Source of the DNA: an uncultured Phycisphaerales bacterium
GTDB taxonomy: Bacteria > Planctomycetota > Phycisphaerae > Tepidisphaerales > Tepidisphaeraceae
DNA: 64,000 bases
Assembly: GCA_963844715.1 (NCBI GenBank)
Contig: CAWJPJ010000008.1
Coordinates: 128,001-192,000 of the forward strand
Direction: 5' to 3'
Shown: positions 1 to 10,415 of the stretch, piece after piece
Layout of the letters: the number at the start of each line of letters is the position of its first letter
Numbering within the stretch: position 1 is the stretch's first letter
The notes under the pieces: model-generated
Told to the model about the DNA's origin: nothing
The model's database searches: none
Seen by the model: only the letters and a program-made list of their open reading frames with translations
Translations under genes and position numbers: made by a program

Positions 1-119
1 CCGGCGGAATCAAGGACCGCGCCGCCGCCGAGGCCATGATCGCCGCCGGCGCCACCCGCATCGGCACATCCAGCGGCGTGGCCATCATCCGCGGGGGCGG
101 TTCGAGCAGTTCGTATTAA
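1..119 (+). CDS. deoC: Deoxyribose-phosphate aldolase, 3' end (partial)
   Basis: Frame 3 reads GGIKDRAAAEAMIAAGATRIGTSSGVAII...Y*, matching the DeoC C-terminal GGI...GATRIGTSS motif; stop TAA at 117-119. Confidence 0.85.
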   Translation, partial: GGIKDRAAAEAMIAAGATRIGTSSGVAIIRGGGSSSSY

Positions 120-1003
120 CTGGCGCGGGCGATCAGATTTTCTAAAACGGTCTCAAGCGGAACGACGCCTTTGAGGGTTTTGGCCTCTTCCGATTCGAAG
201 CAAATCCACCCTTCATTGAACCCGTCGAGCATGGCCATTCGCGGCTCGCCGTTGGTGGATCCCTGCGAGGAAAAAATCCCCGCCCATTTTTCGCGAGGGA
301 CGATTTGGGCGCGAACGGCGCGATCCAGCAATATGGAGAAGGCCGCCGCGACATCCGCGGGGCTATAGCGCCGCGGGCCTTCAAGTTCGACCACTTTGCG
401 GCCGGTCCACTCATGCTGGAGCATTTCGGCTGCGACGCGGCCGATGTCGGCGGTGGCGACCATCGGGAAAAGTTTGTCCAGCGGCTTCAGAAAGCTGTCG
501 AGGATGCCTGTCTTTTTCGCCAACTCGACATCCCAGGCGAAGTTCTCCATGAACCACGCCGCGCGCAGAAAAGCGATGGGGATCGGCAGATTCCCCAGAG
601 TCTGCTCCACCATCGTCAATTGGGTCAGCAGGTTGGTTCGCGTGGCCTGCGCGCGAACCGTCGAGAGGCAAACGATTTTCGCGGGCCTGGCGCTGGCCAG
701 CGCCGAGTTGAGGGCCGCGATGATGCCTTTCGCTTCGGGGAAACCCGGGGACGGAGCGAAAACGGGTGGGAGAAGCACAAAGACCCCGTCCACGCCGGAA
801 AACGCCGCCATCAGCGCTTCGGCGTCGGACATCTCCGCGGCCGCGATCTGGCATCCCTGCTCGCCCCACTCCCTCGCTTTGTCCGGGTTGCGAACCACAG
901 CGCGTACGGATTTTCCAGCGACAAGAAGCGTTCGCGCGACCACGCCCCCAACCTGGCCCGTTATTCCGGTCACGGCAAACACTTGATCGTCGCGGCGCGG
1001 CAT
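116..1003 (-). CDS. NmrA/SDR-like NAD(P)-binding protein
   Basis: N-terminal Rossmann motif VTGITGQVG, plus RAAWFMEN and VATADIG motifs of NmrA-like proteins. Confidence 0.85.
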   Translation of the reverse strand: MPRRDDQVFAVTGITGQVGGVVARTLLVAGKSVRAVVRNPDKAREWGEQGCQIAAAEMSDAEALMAAFSGVDGVFVLLPPVFAPSPGFPEAKGIIAALNSALASARPAKIVCLSTVRAQATRTNLLTQLTMVEQTLGNLPIPIAFLRAAWFMENFAWDVELAKKTGILDSFLKPLDKLFPMVATADIGRVAAEMLQHEWTGRKVVELEGPRRYSPADVAAAFSILLDRAVRAQIVPREKWAGIFSSQGSTNGEPRMAMLDGFNEGWICFESEEAKTLKGVVPLETVLENLIARAS

Positions 1004-1082
1004 CGCGGCTCCTTTCGCATCCAGATTTGCCCAGCGCTGTGGATTATGGCAACGAAAATATTATGGAGTACCATCCCTTCCA

Positions 1083-2072
1083 ATGATACGGGGAAAAGCA
1101 CTTTGGCCGGCCGTGATCGCCTGCCTTGTCCTGACCTGCACCGCGGCCCATGCCCAGAAAATGGCCGCCAATACCGAGCCCTCAACCCAGCCCGGCGGCC
1201 CGCAAAAAACCTACGTCGGCATCTACATCAACGACGTTTACGAACTGGATCTCAAGCAATCCACCTACGTCGTCGACTTCTACATCTGGTTCCGCTGGAA
1301 GGGGGATATCGACCCCACCGAGTTCGAATTCATGAACGGTGAACTCGATCTCAAGGAACACCCCTATCGGCAGGCCGACAACGGAGTCAATTACGTTTCC
1401 TACCATTGCCGCGGCACGTTTCACATCGTCTTTGATTTCCGCAGATACCCGCTCGATTCCCATCAGCTAATCCTCGAGTTGGAAGACGGCGTGCACGACG
1501 TCAACGAACTTTACTACGTCGTCGATAGCGAGCACATGCAAGGCCTCCGGCCGGTCGTCCTCTCCGGCTGGAACTGCGGCGATCCCGACTTCAATGTCGC
1601 CGACCATCTCTATAAGACCAATTTCGGCGAGCCCACCCAGCGCGCATCCAAAACCGACACCTATTCGCGTTTCACCTGCGCCATCCACATCTCCCGCTCC
1701 GGCGACTCCATCTATATCAAAACCTTCCTCGGCCTGTTCATCTCCGTCGCCATCGCGTTTTTGTCCTTCCTCCTCAGGCCCAACGACACCGACCCGCGTT
1801 TCGCCGTCGGCGTCGCCGCGATTTTCGGAGCCGTCAGCTCCGAGATCGTGACCTCGGGCAATCTGCCGGATATGCCCTACCTGACCATGGGGGACAAAAT
1901 CCACCTCTTCAGCCTCTTCATGATCTTCCTATCGCTTCTGCAATCATGCCTGCTGCTGAAACTTTACCGGGTGGAGAAACACTCCGTCGCGTTTCGCATC
2001 AATCGGCTATCGCTCTTCGCGTTCCCGATCTTCTACGCGATCGTCGTCTCCGTGTTGTCGTATTTTGGATGA
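1083..2072 (+). CDS. Prokaryotic pentameric ligand-gated ion channel (GLIC/ELIC-like)
   Basis: Signal peptide; beta-sandwich motifs VGIYINDVYELD..FYIWFRW and FEFMN; Pro-loop FRRYPLD; four TM helices; M2-M3 loop NLPDMPYLT. Confidence 0.85.
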   Translation: MIRGKALWPAVIACLVLTCTAAHAQKMAANTEPSTQPGGPQKTYVGIYINDVYELDLKQSTYVVDFYIWFRWKGDIDPTEFEFMNGELDLKEHPYRQADNGVNYVSYHCRGTFHIVFDFRRYPLDSHQLILELEDGVHDVNELYYVVDSEHMQGLRPVVLSGWNCGDPDFNVADHLYKTNFGEPTQRASKTDTYSRFTCAIHISRSGDSIYIKTFLGLFISVAIAFLSFLLRPNDTDPRFAVGVAAIFGAVSSEIVTSGNLPDMPYLTMGDKIHLFSLFMIFLSLLQSCLLLKLYRVEKHSVAFRINRLSLFAFPIFYAIVVSVLSYFG

Positions 2073-2085
2073 CGCGGATTCAATG

Positions 2086-2211
2086 CAACCGCAGAGACGC
2101 GGAGGCCGCGGAGATAGACGCGGAGAAGAATGGAAAAGATCAATTCGAGATAAAATTCAAAATCATTTCTTGCATTTTCATCTGTGTTGATCTGTGCCCC
2201 ATCTGTGGCTA
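2086..2211. repeat. Short periodic intergenic repeats (GACGCGGAG-like x3; ATCTGTG x3) between convergent genes
   Basis: cgcagagacgcggaggccgcggagatagacgcggag, followed by atctgtgttgatctgtgccccatctgtgg. Confidence 0.55.
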
Positions 2212-2243
2212 AAGGGCATTTGGATTTCCCATCCTCGACGCGC

Positions 2244-2939
2244 TTATCGCAGCACCTTGTATCGGAACCAGTTCACGCCGTTGGGAAGCTTCTTCTGCCA
2301 GATCAATCGCAATCCCGCGGCGGCTTTGGTTTGCCGGGGATCGTCGACATCGAAAAAACTCGAAACGCCCACGCCGCCGTCGACGATGGGGACTACAACC
2401 TGGCTGATTTCGTCAATGAGCCCCGCGCCGAGCATCGATCCGTTGAATTTCCCGCCCCCCTGGCACATCAGTTTTTTCAGATTGAAACCCCGGCGGAGTT
2501 TGGTCATCGCCAGCGGAAGATCGATTTCCGATTTGCCGCAGAAAAGATAAGACACGCCGGCATGCCGCAGCCGGGCCAGATGGACATCGCTTGCGCGCTG
2601 GGTGATGAGCAGAACGACGTGGTCGCCCCCGACTTCGGGTTTTTGGAACTCGAGGACGCCTTTGGCATCCGCGCCGATGGCGAGCGTCTTGGCATTGGGT
2701 TTAACGATATGGTCGCGCCGCGGGGCCGGCCCGTCAGCCGGCAGGCGTTTTTTCCCGTGATACGAGAATTCCTTCATGGTGGTCGTGCCCACCACCCAGG
2801 CGCCGATTTTGAAACTCGCCGCGGTCGTTTCGAAAAGCTTGGCGGACCCGCGAACGCCGGGAATATCCGGCCAGCGATGCCCGATGATTTTCCCGTCAAT
2901 GGTCGTGCACATGTGGCAAATGATATAAGGGCGCGGCAT
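2244..2939 (-). CDS. RibD C-terminal / dihydrofolate-reductase-like protein
   Basis: ICHMCTTIDGKI start and LMCQGGGKFNGSMLGAGLIDEISQVVVP, typical of RibD_C reductases. Confidence 0.85.
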   Translation of the reverse strand: MPRPYIICHMCTTIDGKIIGHRWPDIPGVRGSAKLFETTAASFKIGAWVVGTTTMKEFSYHGKKRLPADGPAPRRDHIVKPNAKTLAIGADAKGVLEFQKPEVGGDHVVLLITQRASDVHLARLRHAGVSYLFCGKSEIDLPLAMTKLRRGFNLKKLMCQGGGKFNGSMLGAGLIDEISQVVVPIVDGGVGVSSFFDVDDPRQTKAAAGLRLIWQKKLPNGVNWFRYKVLR

Positions 2940-3028
2940 GGCCGATTAACCTCCTTCGATTGGCTTGTCTCTCCTTCCGAGTTTAGCAGGGGATCGTCCC
3001 GCGAAGAATGGGGCAAGAGGGCCGGAAT

Positions 3029-5119
3029 TCAGGCGTGTTCTTCAACCCGTCCCGCGATAACGGCAATGGTCGCGAGCAATTCCGACGGCTCGACCGGCTT
3101 GGCGACATGGGCGATATATCCCGCGCGAAGGGCGCGGGTGCGATCCTCCGATCGCGCAAAGGCCGTCAGCGCGATAGCGGGGATTCGCGCGCACGCCCCG
3201 GTGCGGATTTTCCGCACTTTTCTGAGGAATTCGTACCCGTCGATGCCCGGCATGCCGATGTCGCTGACCAGCATGTCCGGCGTGTCGTGCTCGAGCATTT
3301 GCAGCGCCTGTGTCGCGGATTCAGATGTGAGAACCTGCGCCCCCGATTCGACCAGCAGCCGCCGGATCAGTTCGCGGGCGTCCGATTCGTCGTCGACCAC
3401 GAGAACCTTCAGGGACGAAAGATCGGAGCGTTGGATCGCGACGGACATGCCCGCCGAATCGTCGCATTGGGGATTCATTGTCACGGGCAGGATCGGCAGA
3501 CGAACCACGAAAACCGCGCCCTTTCCCGGGCCGTCGCTGTTAGCTTCGATCGTACCGCCATGCAATTCGACGAGTTGTTTGACGATCGCCAAACCCAGTC
3601 CAAGCCCGCCGTGCTTTCGATTTGCCGAGGAGTCCGCCTGGCTGAATCGCGCAAAAAGATTGGGCAGAAATTCCGGGACGATGCCCTGGCCAGTGTCGGA
3701 GATCGTGAGTTCAACGTGCGAGCCGACGCGCTGGAGGATCACCCGCACCCGTCCGCCCCGCGGCGTGAATTTTACGGCGTTGCTCAGCAGGTTCCAGACG
3801 ATCTGCTGCAGTCGAGCCGGATCGCCCGAGATCAGCCCGGCAACGGGATCGAGATGTTTTTCAATGCGGATCTGCTTGGCGTCCGCCGAGGACTGCACCG
3901 TTTCGATCGCTTCGTTGACGGCGGGCAACGGGTCGACCCGCTGAATCTCCAGCCGCAATTTGCCGGAAATAATGCGGCTCATATCGAGCAGATCGTCGAT
4001 CAGTTGTTTTTGCAGTCGGGCGTTCCGCTCGATGACCAGCCCGGCGTCCTTCATGTCTCCCGGTGACATGTGTCCCGCGGTGAGCAGCCGGGCCCATCCC
4101 ATGACGGCGTTCAGCGGCGTGCGCAATTCATGGGAGAGGATCGCCAGGAACTCGTCCTTCATGCGATTGACGCGCTGCGCCTGCTCGCGGGCGTGCCGCT
4201 CGGCTTCCAGAAGCCGCTCCTGCTCCTGCTCCAGACGTTTGCGGTCGGAAATATCGTGGGCAATCTTGGAAGCGCCGATGACTTTGCCCGAAGCATCGCG
4301 CATCGGGGAAACCGTCACGGAGATGTCGATCAACCGCCCGTCCTTAGCGCGCCGCTGCGTGTCAAAATGATCGATCCGTTCCCCGCGGCGAAGGCGCGAG
4401 ATGATCTGCACCTCCTCATCGTGCCGGTCGGACGGAACGATCAGAAGAATCGACCGCCCGATCGCCTCATCCGCGGTGTAGCCGAAGAGCCGCTCGGCCG
4501 ACCCGTTCCAGGACGTGATGATCCCGTCGAGAGTCTTGCTGATGATCGCGTCGTCGGAACTTTCGATGATCGCGCCAAGCCTCGCCTGGACGATCTCGGC
4601 CGCCTTCTGCACCTCGTCCGACTGGTGCCGCTCCGTGACGTCCACCAGCATGTTCACGGCGCCGATGATCCGCCCGTTCGCGTACAGCGGAGACGGAAAC
4701 GGCATCACATTCCGGCGGACCCCGTCGGGGCGCTCGACGATAATCTCCACATCGCGCACCGCGCGCCCTTCCTTCAATGCGATAGCCATGGGGCACTCGT
4801 CCAGCGGCATCGGCGAGCCGTCGAGACGATAGATGCGGAACGACCCGCACCACATGTCCGCGCCAATCTCCGGCTTGCGGCCCCACATTTGCGCCGCGGC
4901 GTCGTTGAAAAGACAAATGCGCCCCGACGCATCACAAATATAAATGGCGAAAGGCAGTTCCTGAATGAGCTGGCGATAAACATCGCTCCGCAATAGGAGT
5001 TGCGATTGTGAATCGGAGTTGGGGGAAAACTCACCAATACTACTGGTGACGACAGGCTCAACCGGTCCGACCGCGTCTGCCGACGGAATGCACCGGGGGT
5101 TATCCAACTGCTGCGCCAT
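3029..5119 (-). CDS. Hybrid sensor histidine kinase (PAS-PAS-HisKA-HATPase-REC)
   Basis: Two PAS domains, H-box LSHELRTPL, N-box NLLSNAVKFT, G-boxes DTGQGI and GGLGLGL, receiver VVDD...SDIGMP...KP; start inferred at MAQQLD. Confidence 0.93.
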   Translation of the reverse strand: MAQQLDNPRCIPSADAVGPVEPVVTSSIGEFSPNSDSQSQLLLRSDVYRQLIQELPFAIYICDASGRICLFNDAAAQMWGRKPEIGADMWCGSFRIYRLDGSPMPLDECPMAIALKEGRAVRDVEIIVERPDGVRRNVMPFPSPLYANGRIIGAVNMLVDVTERHQSDEVQKAAEIVQARLGAIIESSDDAIISKTLDGIITSWNGSAERLFGYTADEAIGRSILLIVPSDRHDEEVQIISRLRRGERIDHFDTQRRAKDGRLIDISVTVSPMRDASGKVIGASKIAHDISDRKRLEQEQERLLEAERHAREQAQRVNRMKDEFLAILSHELRTPLNAVMGWARLLTAGHMSPGDMKDAGLVIERNARLQKQLIDDLLDMSRIISGKLRLEIQRVDPLPAVNEAIETVQSSADAKQIRIEKHLDPVAGLISGDPARLQQIVWNLLSNAVKFTPRGGRVRVILQRVGSHVELTISDTGQGIVPEFLPNLFARFSQADSSANRKHGGLGLGLAIVKQLVELHGGTIEANSDGPGKGAVFVVRLPILPVTMNPQCDDSAGMSVAIQRSDLSSLKVLVVDDESDARELIRRLLVESGAQVLTSESATQALQMLEHDTPDMLVSDIGMPGIDGYEFLRKVRKIRTGACARIPAIALTAFARSEDRTRALRAGYIAHVAKPVEPSELLATIAVIAGRVEEHA

Positions 5120-5313
5120 CTTGATTCCTGCTTGCCCCGTGCAACATCGCCGCAACGACCATCGTAAGCAGCCATCCTACGTCTTTGTGGTGATTCCGCC
5201 AATGTTCAAAATTCGACTTTTGCCACGGTCCGTTATTTATGCAAAGAGTTATCAATAAAAAACTTATGAAGGTGATAGGACGGGTCTCGACGGATTGTTA
5301 ATATCGTTCAGAA

Positions 5314-5727
5314 ATGGACATCCGGCGCTTTGAGATTTCTGATGAGGCGGACGTGATTGCCCTCTGGCGGGAGTGCGATCTGATCCGGCCTTGGAATGAT
5401 CCGCATAAAGAAATCACGCGAAAGATGGCGTCTCAGCCCGACTGGTTTCTGGTTGGAACGCTCGATGGGAAGATCGTCGCCAGCGTGATGGCCGGATATG
5501 ACGGGCATCGGGGATGGCTCAACTATGTCGCGGTGGCGCGGAAATACCGCCGGCGCGGTTTGGGCGGGTTGATCATCGCGCATGCCGAGCAACTTTTGCA
5601 CGCCGCGGGGTGCCCGAAAATCAATTTGCAGGTTCGTACTGCGAATCAGGACGTGATCCGCTTCTACGAGAAGCTGGGGTATGCGGCTGATGATGTCACG
5701 AGCATGGGGAAGCGATTCAGCGATTGA
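5314..5727 (+). CDS. GNAT acetyltransferase (YpeA-like)
   Basis: MAGYDGHRGWLNYVAV, RRRGLG acetyl-CoA motif, FYEKLGY. Confidence 0.9.
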   Translation: MDIRRFEISDEADVIALWRECDLIRPWNDPHKEITRKMASQPDWFLVGTLDGKIVASVMAGYDGHRGWLNYVAVARKYRRRGLGGLIIAHAEQLLHAAGCPKINLQVRTANQDVIRFYEKLGYAADDVTSMGKRFSD

Positions 5728-5916
5728 TGCTCGTCTCCGCCGGAATGTTTCGATCAACATGTCTAAACGGGATCAGCGCACGACAAAAAAAATTAATTCG
5801 TCGCAACTTGGACACGTTCGAAATTGTGTACTCAAAGGAAGGAACGTAATCGCGGCGGCAGTCGAATCGCGACCCGCGCCGCACGCGGACGGGCAATATT
5901 CTAAGGAGGTTTCGTC

Positions 5917-6756
5917 ATGAAAAGAGCGGCAATTATTACGGCGGCAGTTATTTCGATCGGCGCACTCAATCTGGAAAACGCGCGGGCGTCCGACAATTCG
6001 CCGGCGACGCAGCCATCTCATCAGATGGTCAGCGCCGGAGTCGCCGCCGTGAAAACCGACCCGGGCGGGGCGTCGATCACGGATGTTCGGATACGCAGCG
6101 TGATCGCCAGCGCCACCGATGCGGCCATGAATCCCAAAGGCATGCCCGACCTGGTCTCCACGTTCCGCGACGCGCAGCGACAAAGCATCGAGAAATCGAA
6201 GACCTATTCCGAGGGCTTCGGCAGCGATCTGAAAATGCATATCGAGGCGATCTCCAAGGACTGGAAGAAAAAATATGGCGACGAGTTCTCGATTTCGACC
6301 GCGACGAAAATCTTCAGCCCGAGTTTCGCGGCGATTCAGACCGAATCCCCCGCCTCGAACAACGGGCATCGCGAATCCGCCCTGGTGACCCTTCGAGGTG
6401 AGACCCATCTCGGAGGCATGCAGGTGCCCCTGATTTGCGAGCAGGGCAGCGACTGGAGGATCGATGCTCCCGCGGCTCTGGACGCCGTGACGCTGCGAGC
6501 CAATTTGCTGGAACGCCTGACGAGTGTGCAGCACAACTTTGCGAACTGGCCCAAGAGTGAAACCGACGCCTATCGGCTGGTTGCTCACGAAGTGATGGGA
6601 GCCGTGCTGAATCGGACGATGCATGTGCAGGCTTCGGCCGCAGTGCCGTCGGAAACCACGGCTATCAACTCGTCGGCTCAGCAGACGAGCGCAACCGTGA
6701 AACCGGTTTCGGAAACGACCACGACGCACCACTGGTATCAATTCTGGAATTGGTGA
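5917..6756 (+). CDS. Exported hypothetical protein
   Basis: SD AAGGAGG upstream, signal peptide, PATQPS motif, Thr-rich tail ending HHWYQFWNW. Confidence 0.7.
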   Translation: MKRAAIITAAVISIGALNLENARASDNSPATQPSHQMVSAGVAAVKTDPGGASITDVRIRSVIASATDAAMNPKGMPDLVSTFRDAQRQSIEKSKTYSEGFGSDLKMHIEAISKDWKKKYGDEFSISTATKIFSPSFAAIQTESPASNNGHRESALVTLRGETHLGGMQVPLICEQGSDWRIDAPAALDAVTLRANLLERLTSVQHNFANWPKSETDAYRLVAHEVMGAVLNRTMHVQASAAVPSETTAINSSAQQTSATVKPVSETTTTHHWYQFWNW

Positions 6757-6782
6757 TAGCGCGTGTTGTATTGACGCGACAA

Positions 6783-6812
6783 AAAGCCAACGGATTGCCG
6801 TCCGGTGGCTTT
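6783..6812. repeat. Short palindromic REP-like element / possible terminator
   Basis: aaagccaacggattgccgtccggtggcttt hairpin followed by a T-rich run; arms shared with the element at 12739. Confidence 0.55.
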
Positions 6813-6870
6813 CTTCTTTGATGGGAGCGCATTTTCGCCACGCGGGCGAACGTGGTAGATTTCCGGGGGT

Positions 6871-8252
6871 ATGTCCGAGCAGAGCAATTTCAAAGCCGAA
6901 GTGCTGATCGTCGATGACGAAAAAGAGCACGCCCAGGTCATGAGCGATGCGCTCACCCGGCAGGGGCATCGTTGCGATCTGGCCTATAGCCTCAGCGAAG
7001 CGAAGGAGAAGCTGAATAAAAAAAGCTACGACATCATCGTCACCGACCTGGTGATGGACGGCAAGCGCGATGGGCTGGAAGTGCTGAAGCTGTCGAAGGA
7101 TCTGACCCCTCCCCCGCAGGTGATTCTGGTTTCCGCCCATGGGGATATTCCGATCGCCGTCGAGGCCATGAACGAGGGGGCCTACGGGTTCATCGAGAAG
7201 CCATTGGATTTGAGCCATTTTCGGGCCCAGGTGAATCGCGCCGCCGAGCGCGTGTCGCTTCAGAGGCAGAATCAGGTCCTGCGCGACCAGTTGTCGGATC
7301 AATCCAGCTTCGAGGGGATCGTCGGAAAAAGCGCCGCCATGCAAAAACTGCTGGCGACCGCGCGCCAGGTGGCCGCCAGCGACATCCCCGTCCTCATCAT
7401 GGGAGAAAGCGGCACCGGCAAGGAACTCATTGCGCGGGCCATTCACTTCAACAGCAAGCGCCGGCGGAACCGCCTGGTGACGCTCAACTGCGCCGGGCTC
7501 AGCGAGAGCATCCTGGAAGACGAATTGTTCGGGCATGTGCGGGGGGCCTTCACTGGCGCCAAGGCGAGCGCGAGGGGCGCTTCGAGCACGCCGACGGCGG
7601 GACGCTCTTCATGGACGAGATCGGCGACATGCCGTCCCCCATGCAGGCCAAGCTCCTGCGTGTGCTGGAAAACGGAGAAGTCGTCCGGCTGGGCAGCAAC
7701 GAGCCGATCAAAGTGGATGTGCGGCTTATCAGCGCGACAAACCGAAAACTCGAGGACATGGTCGCCGACAAGCAGTTCCGGGAGGATTTATTCTTCCGGA
7801 TTAAAGGCGTGACGCTGGTTCTCCCGCCGCTGCGGGAGAGGCGCGAGGACATCCCGCTCTTGATCCATTTCTTTTTGCGGGAATTTTCAGAGAAGTACAA
7901 TAAGGAACTGGAAGGCGTGTCGCCCGCCGCCCAGCAACTGCTGGTTTCATATAGCTGGCCGGGAAACGTGCGGCAGCTTCGCACGGCGATCGAAAACATG
8001 GTGGTTCTCTCCCCCGGAAAGATCCTCGGCGCCGAAGGCCTGCCCGCCGAGATTCGCCCCCCGGGCCTTCCTAGCCCCGGCGAGGCGACGGCTTCCACCG
8101 GAAACCTGGTCGGCATCAGCCTCGAACAGGCGGAGAAGGAATTGATCCGCAATACCCTCAAAATGGTCGAAGGGAACCGCGAGCAGGCGGCGAAAATTCT
8201 GGGGATCGGGGAGCGCACCCTCTATCGCAAAATACGGGAATACGGACTGTGA
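6871..8252 (+). CDS. Sigma-54-dependent response regulator (NtrC family); frameshift near 7565
   Basis: REC domain, Walker [30 protein letters not shown], Fis-type HTH; split over two ORFs. Confidence 0.92.
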
Positions 8253-8750
8253 AAACGCAACAACACGACAATTTGCCGCGCATCGGCCAGGGGTACGACA
8301 TTCACCGTTTGAAGCCGGGAGGGAAGTTGATTTTGGCGGGCGTTGAAGTGGCGGAGGGAATATCGCCGATTGCGCATAGCGACGGGGACGTTGTCTTCCA
8401 CGCGGTCGTCGACGCGCTTCTCGGGCGCATTGGTTCTGGGAGACATTGGGGAGATGTTCCCCAATACGGACGCGCGGTGGAAGAACGCCCAGAGCCGCGT
8501 CTTTGTCGAGGAGGCGATGAAAAGGGTGAGCGCCGCCGGATACGCGGTGGCGAATGTGGACGTGACGGTGCTGGCGGAGAAGCCGAAATTGAAAGCGTTT
8601 AAATCGAAGATGGCCCAGTCGCTATCATCCCTGCTGGGCGCCCCGGCGAATCTGAAGGCCGGGACCAACGAGGAGTGCGATGCGATCGGCCGCGGCGAGG
8701 CAATCGCCGCGATGGCGGTCGTATTGCTGACTCGAACTAAGTTGGGATAA
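8249..8750 (+). CDS. ispF: 2-C-methyl-D-erythritol 2,4-cyclodiphosphate synthase; frameshift near 8425
   Basis: RIGQGYDIH, HSDGDVVFHAVVDALLG, GDIGEMFP, NLKAGTNE. Confidence 0.92.
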
Positions 8751-8816
8751 TAGTATTTCGCGTCTTGGGCACGGAAGAGGGCCACGGCCGGGCGGAACGA
8801 TTCGCGACAGGTCTGT

Positions 8817-10325
8817 ATGAGCCTTCGAGTTTACAACACATTGTCCCGCCAAAAGGAGATGTTTGCCACGGTCCATCCGGGCAGGGTGGGGATCTATTTA
8901 TGCGGGCCTACGGTCTACAAGCCGCCGCACATCGGCCACATGGTCGGCCCCGTCATCTTTGATGCGATCAAACGCTATCTCAAATACAAGGGCTACGAGG
9001 TCACCTGGGTCGTCAACATCACGGATGTGGACGACAAGATCATCGAAGCCGCGGCCCGGCAGCAGGTGCAGGTGCAGGAGTTGTCGGACAAGTACACGGC
9101 CGAATATCTGGATTGCCTCAACCAATTTGGGATCGATTCGATCGATCGCTTCCCCAAAGCTTCGGAGCACATGCATGAGATTATCGAGCTGGTGCAGAAG
9201 CTGATCGACCATGGATTTGCTTACGTTGCCGACGGGAACGTCTGGTTCGAAGTGGCCAAGGACCCGGATTACGGAAAGCTCTCCAATCGGAAAGTCGAGG
9301 AGCAGGAATCGGGTCTGCGCGAACTCGAGGGGCAGGGGAAGAAGAGCGCGGCGGATTTCGCACTGTGGAAGAAAGCCAAGGCGGGGGAGCCGGCGTGGGA
9401 TTCACCCTGGGGGAAGGGGCGGCCCGGCTGGCATATCGAATGCTCGGCGATGAGCCAGAAATACCTCGGCGAAACCCTCGATATCCACGGCGGCGGCATG
9501 GACCTCATGTTCCCCCATCATGAAAATGAGCTGGCCCAATCCGAATCGGCCAATGGCAAGCCTCTGGCGAAATACTGGCTGCACAACGGCTTGACCCGCG
9601 TCAAAACCAAACTGAACAGCGGCGAGTGGTCTCAGGAAAAGATGAGCGGGAGCGTGGGGAACGTCGTCTCCGCAACGGAATTGCTCGGCACGTATGGGGC
9701 GGAGGTTTTGCGATACATGCTCCTGAGCACGCACTACCGCCGGCCGATCGAATTCACCGACGAAGTGCTGGTCAACTCGCGCAAAGGTCTGTCCGTCTTT
9801 TCGCGACTGGTCGAGCGCATCGAGCGATTGACGGGAAAACCCCTGAACGCCGAAGTGCAGGATATGGATCGCGCGGCGGCGAAGCTCCTCGAATCCGAAG
9901 TCGGCCCGTTTGCGCGGCAGACGCTGGCCGAAAAAATGCGCTTCCTCGAGATGATGGACGACGATTTCAACACTGCCGGGGCGATTTCCGTGATGCACGA
10001 TCTCGCCGGGCAGGTGAACAGTTTCCTCGAGCAGAACCGCGCTGAGTCGAATCGCCAGCCGGATGTCCTGGAGGCCGCGGGGGCGGCGACCCAAACGGTG
10101 CTTTCCCTGGGAAGGATTCTGGGCCTGTTCCGTCCCGGCGTGCGGCAGCCGGAAACGCAGCAGCCGGCGCTGGTGGATGGCCTGATGAATCTTCTCATCA
10201 AGATTCGCAACGATGCGAGGCAAAGCAAGAATTTCCCCCTCGCCGACGCCGTGCGGGATGGCTTGAAGGAGCTGGGGATTACGCTGGAAGATCGCCCCTC
10301 GGGGACCGGGTGGAGGAAAGAATAA
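8817..10325 (+). CDS. cysS: Cysteine--tRNA ligase
   Basis: YLCGPTVY, HIGH, DFALWK, GRPGWHIECSAM, KMSGS. Confidence 0.98.
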   Translation: MSLRVYNTLSRQKEMFATVHPGRVGIYLCGPTVYKPPHIGHMVGPVIFDAIKRYLKYKGYEVTWVVNITDVDDKIIEAAARQQVQVQELSDKYTAEYLDCLNQFGIDSIDRFPKASEHMHEIIELVQKLIDHGFAYVADGNVWFEVAKDPDYGKLSNRKVEEQESGLRELEGQGKKSAADFALWKKAKAGEPAWDSPWGKGRPGWHIECSAMSQKYLGETLDIHGGGMDLMFPHHENELAQSESANGKPLAKYWLHNGLTRVKTKLNSGEWSQEKMSGSVGNVVSATELLGTYGAEVLRYMLLSTHYRRPIEFTDEVLVNSRKGLSVFSRLVERIERLTGKPLNAEVQDMDRAAAKLLESEVGPFARQTLAEKMRFLEMMDDDFNTAGAISVMHDLAGQVNSFLEQNRAESNRQPDVLEAAGAATQTVLSLGRILGLFRPGVRQPETQQPALVDGLMNLLIKIRNDARQSKNFPLADAVRDGLKELGITLEDRPSGTGWRKE

Positions 10326-10329
10326 AACG

Positions 10330-10411
10330 AGTTGCCAGTTGCGAGTTGCCAGTTGCCAGTAAAGACTGAGAATGCTTTTTACTGGCGACGGGTATCTCGC
10401 AACTGGCAACT
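10330..10411. repeat. Heptamer-based inverted repeat (AGTTGCC units) hairpin
   Basis: agttgccagttgcgag (10330-10345) pairs with ctcgcaactggcaact (10396-10411); inner arm ccagtaaa/tttactgg. Confidence 0.8.
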
Positions 10412-10415
10412 TTTT

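Noticed and set aside
2184..3944. Long antisense or alternative-frame ORFs (e.g. 2184-3944, 5773-7536, 24877-26715, 28380-29855)
   Set aside because: Shadow ORFs of real genes, expected in high-GC DNA; no recognisable motifs
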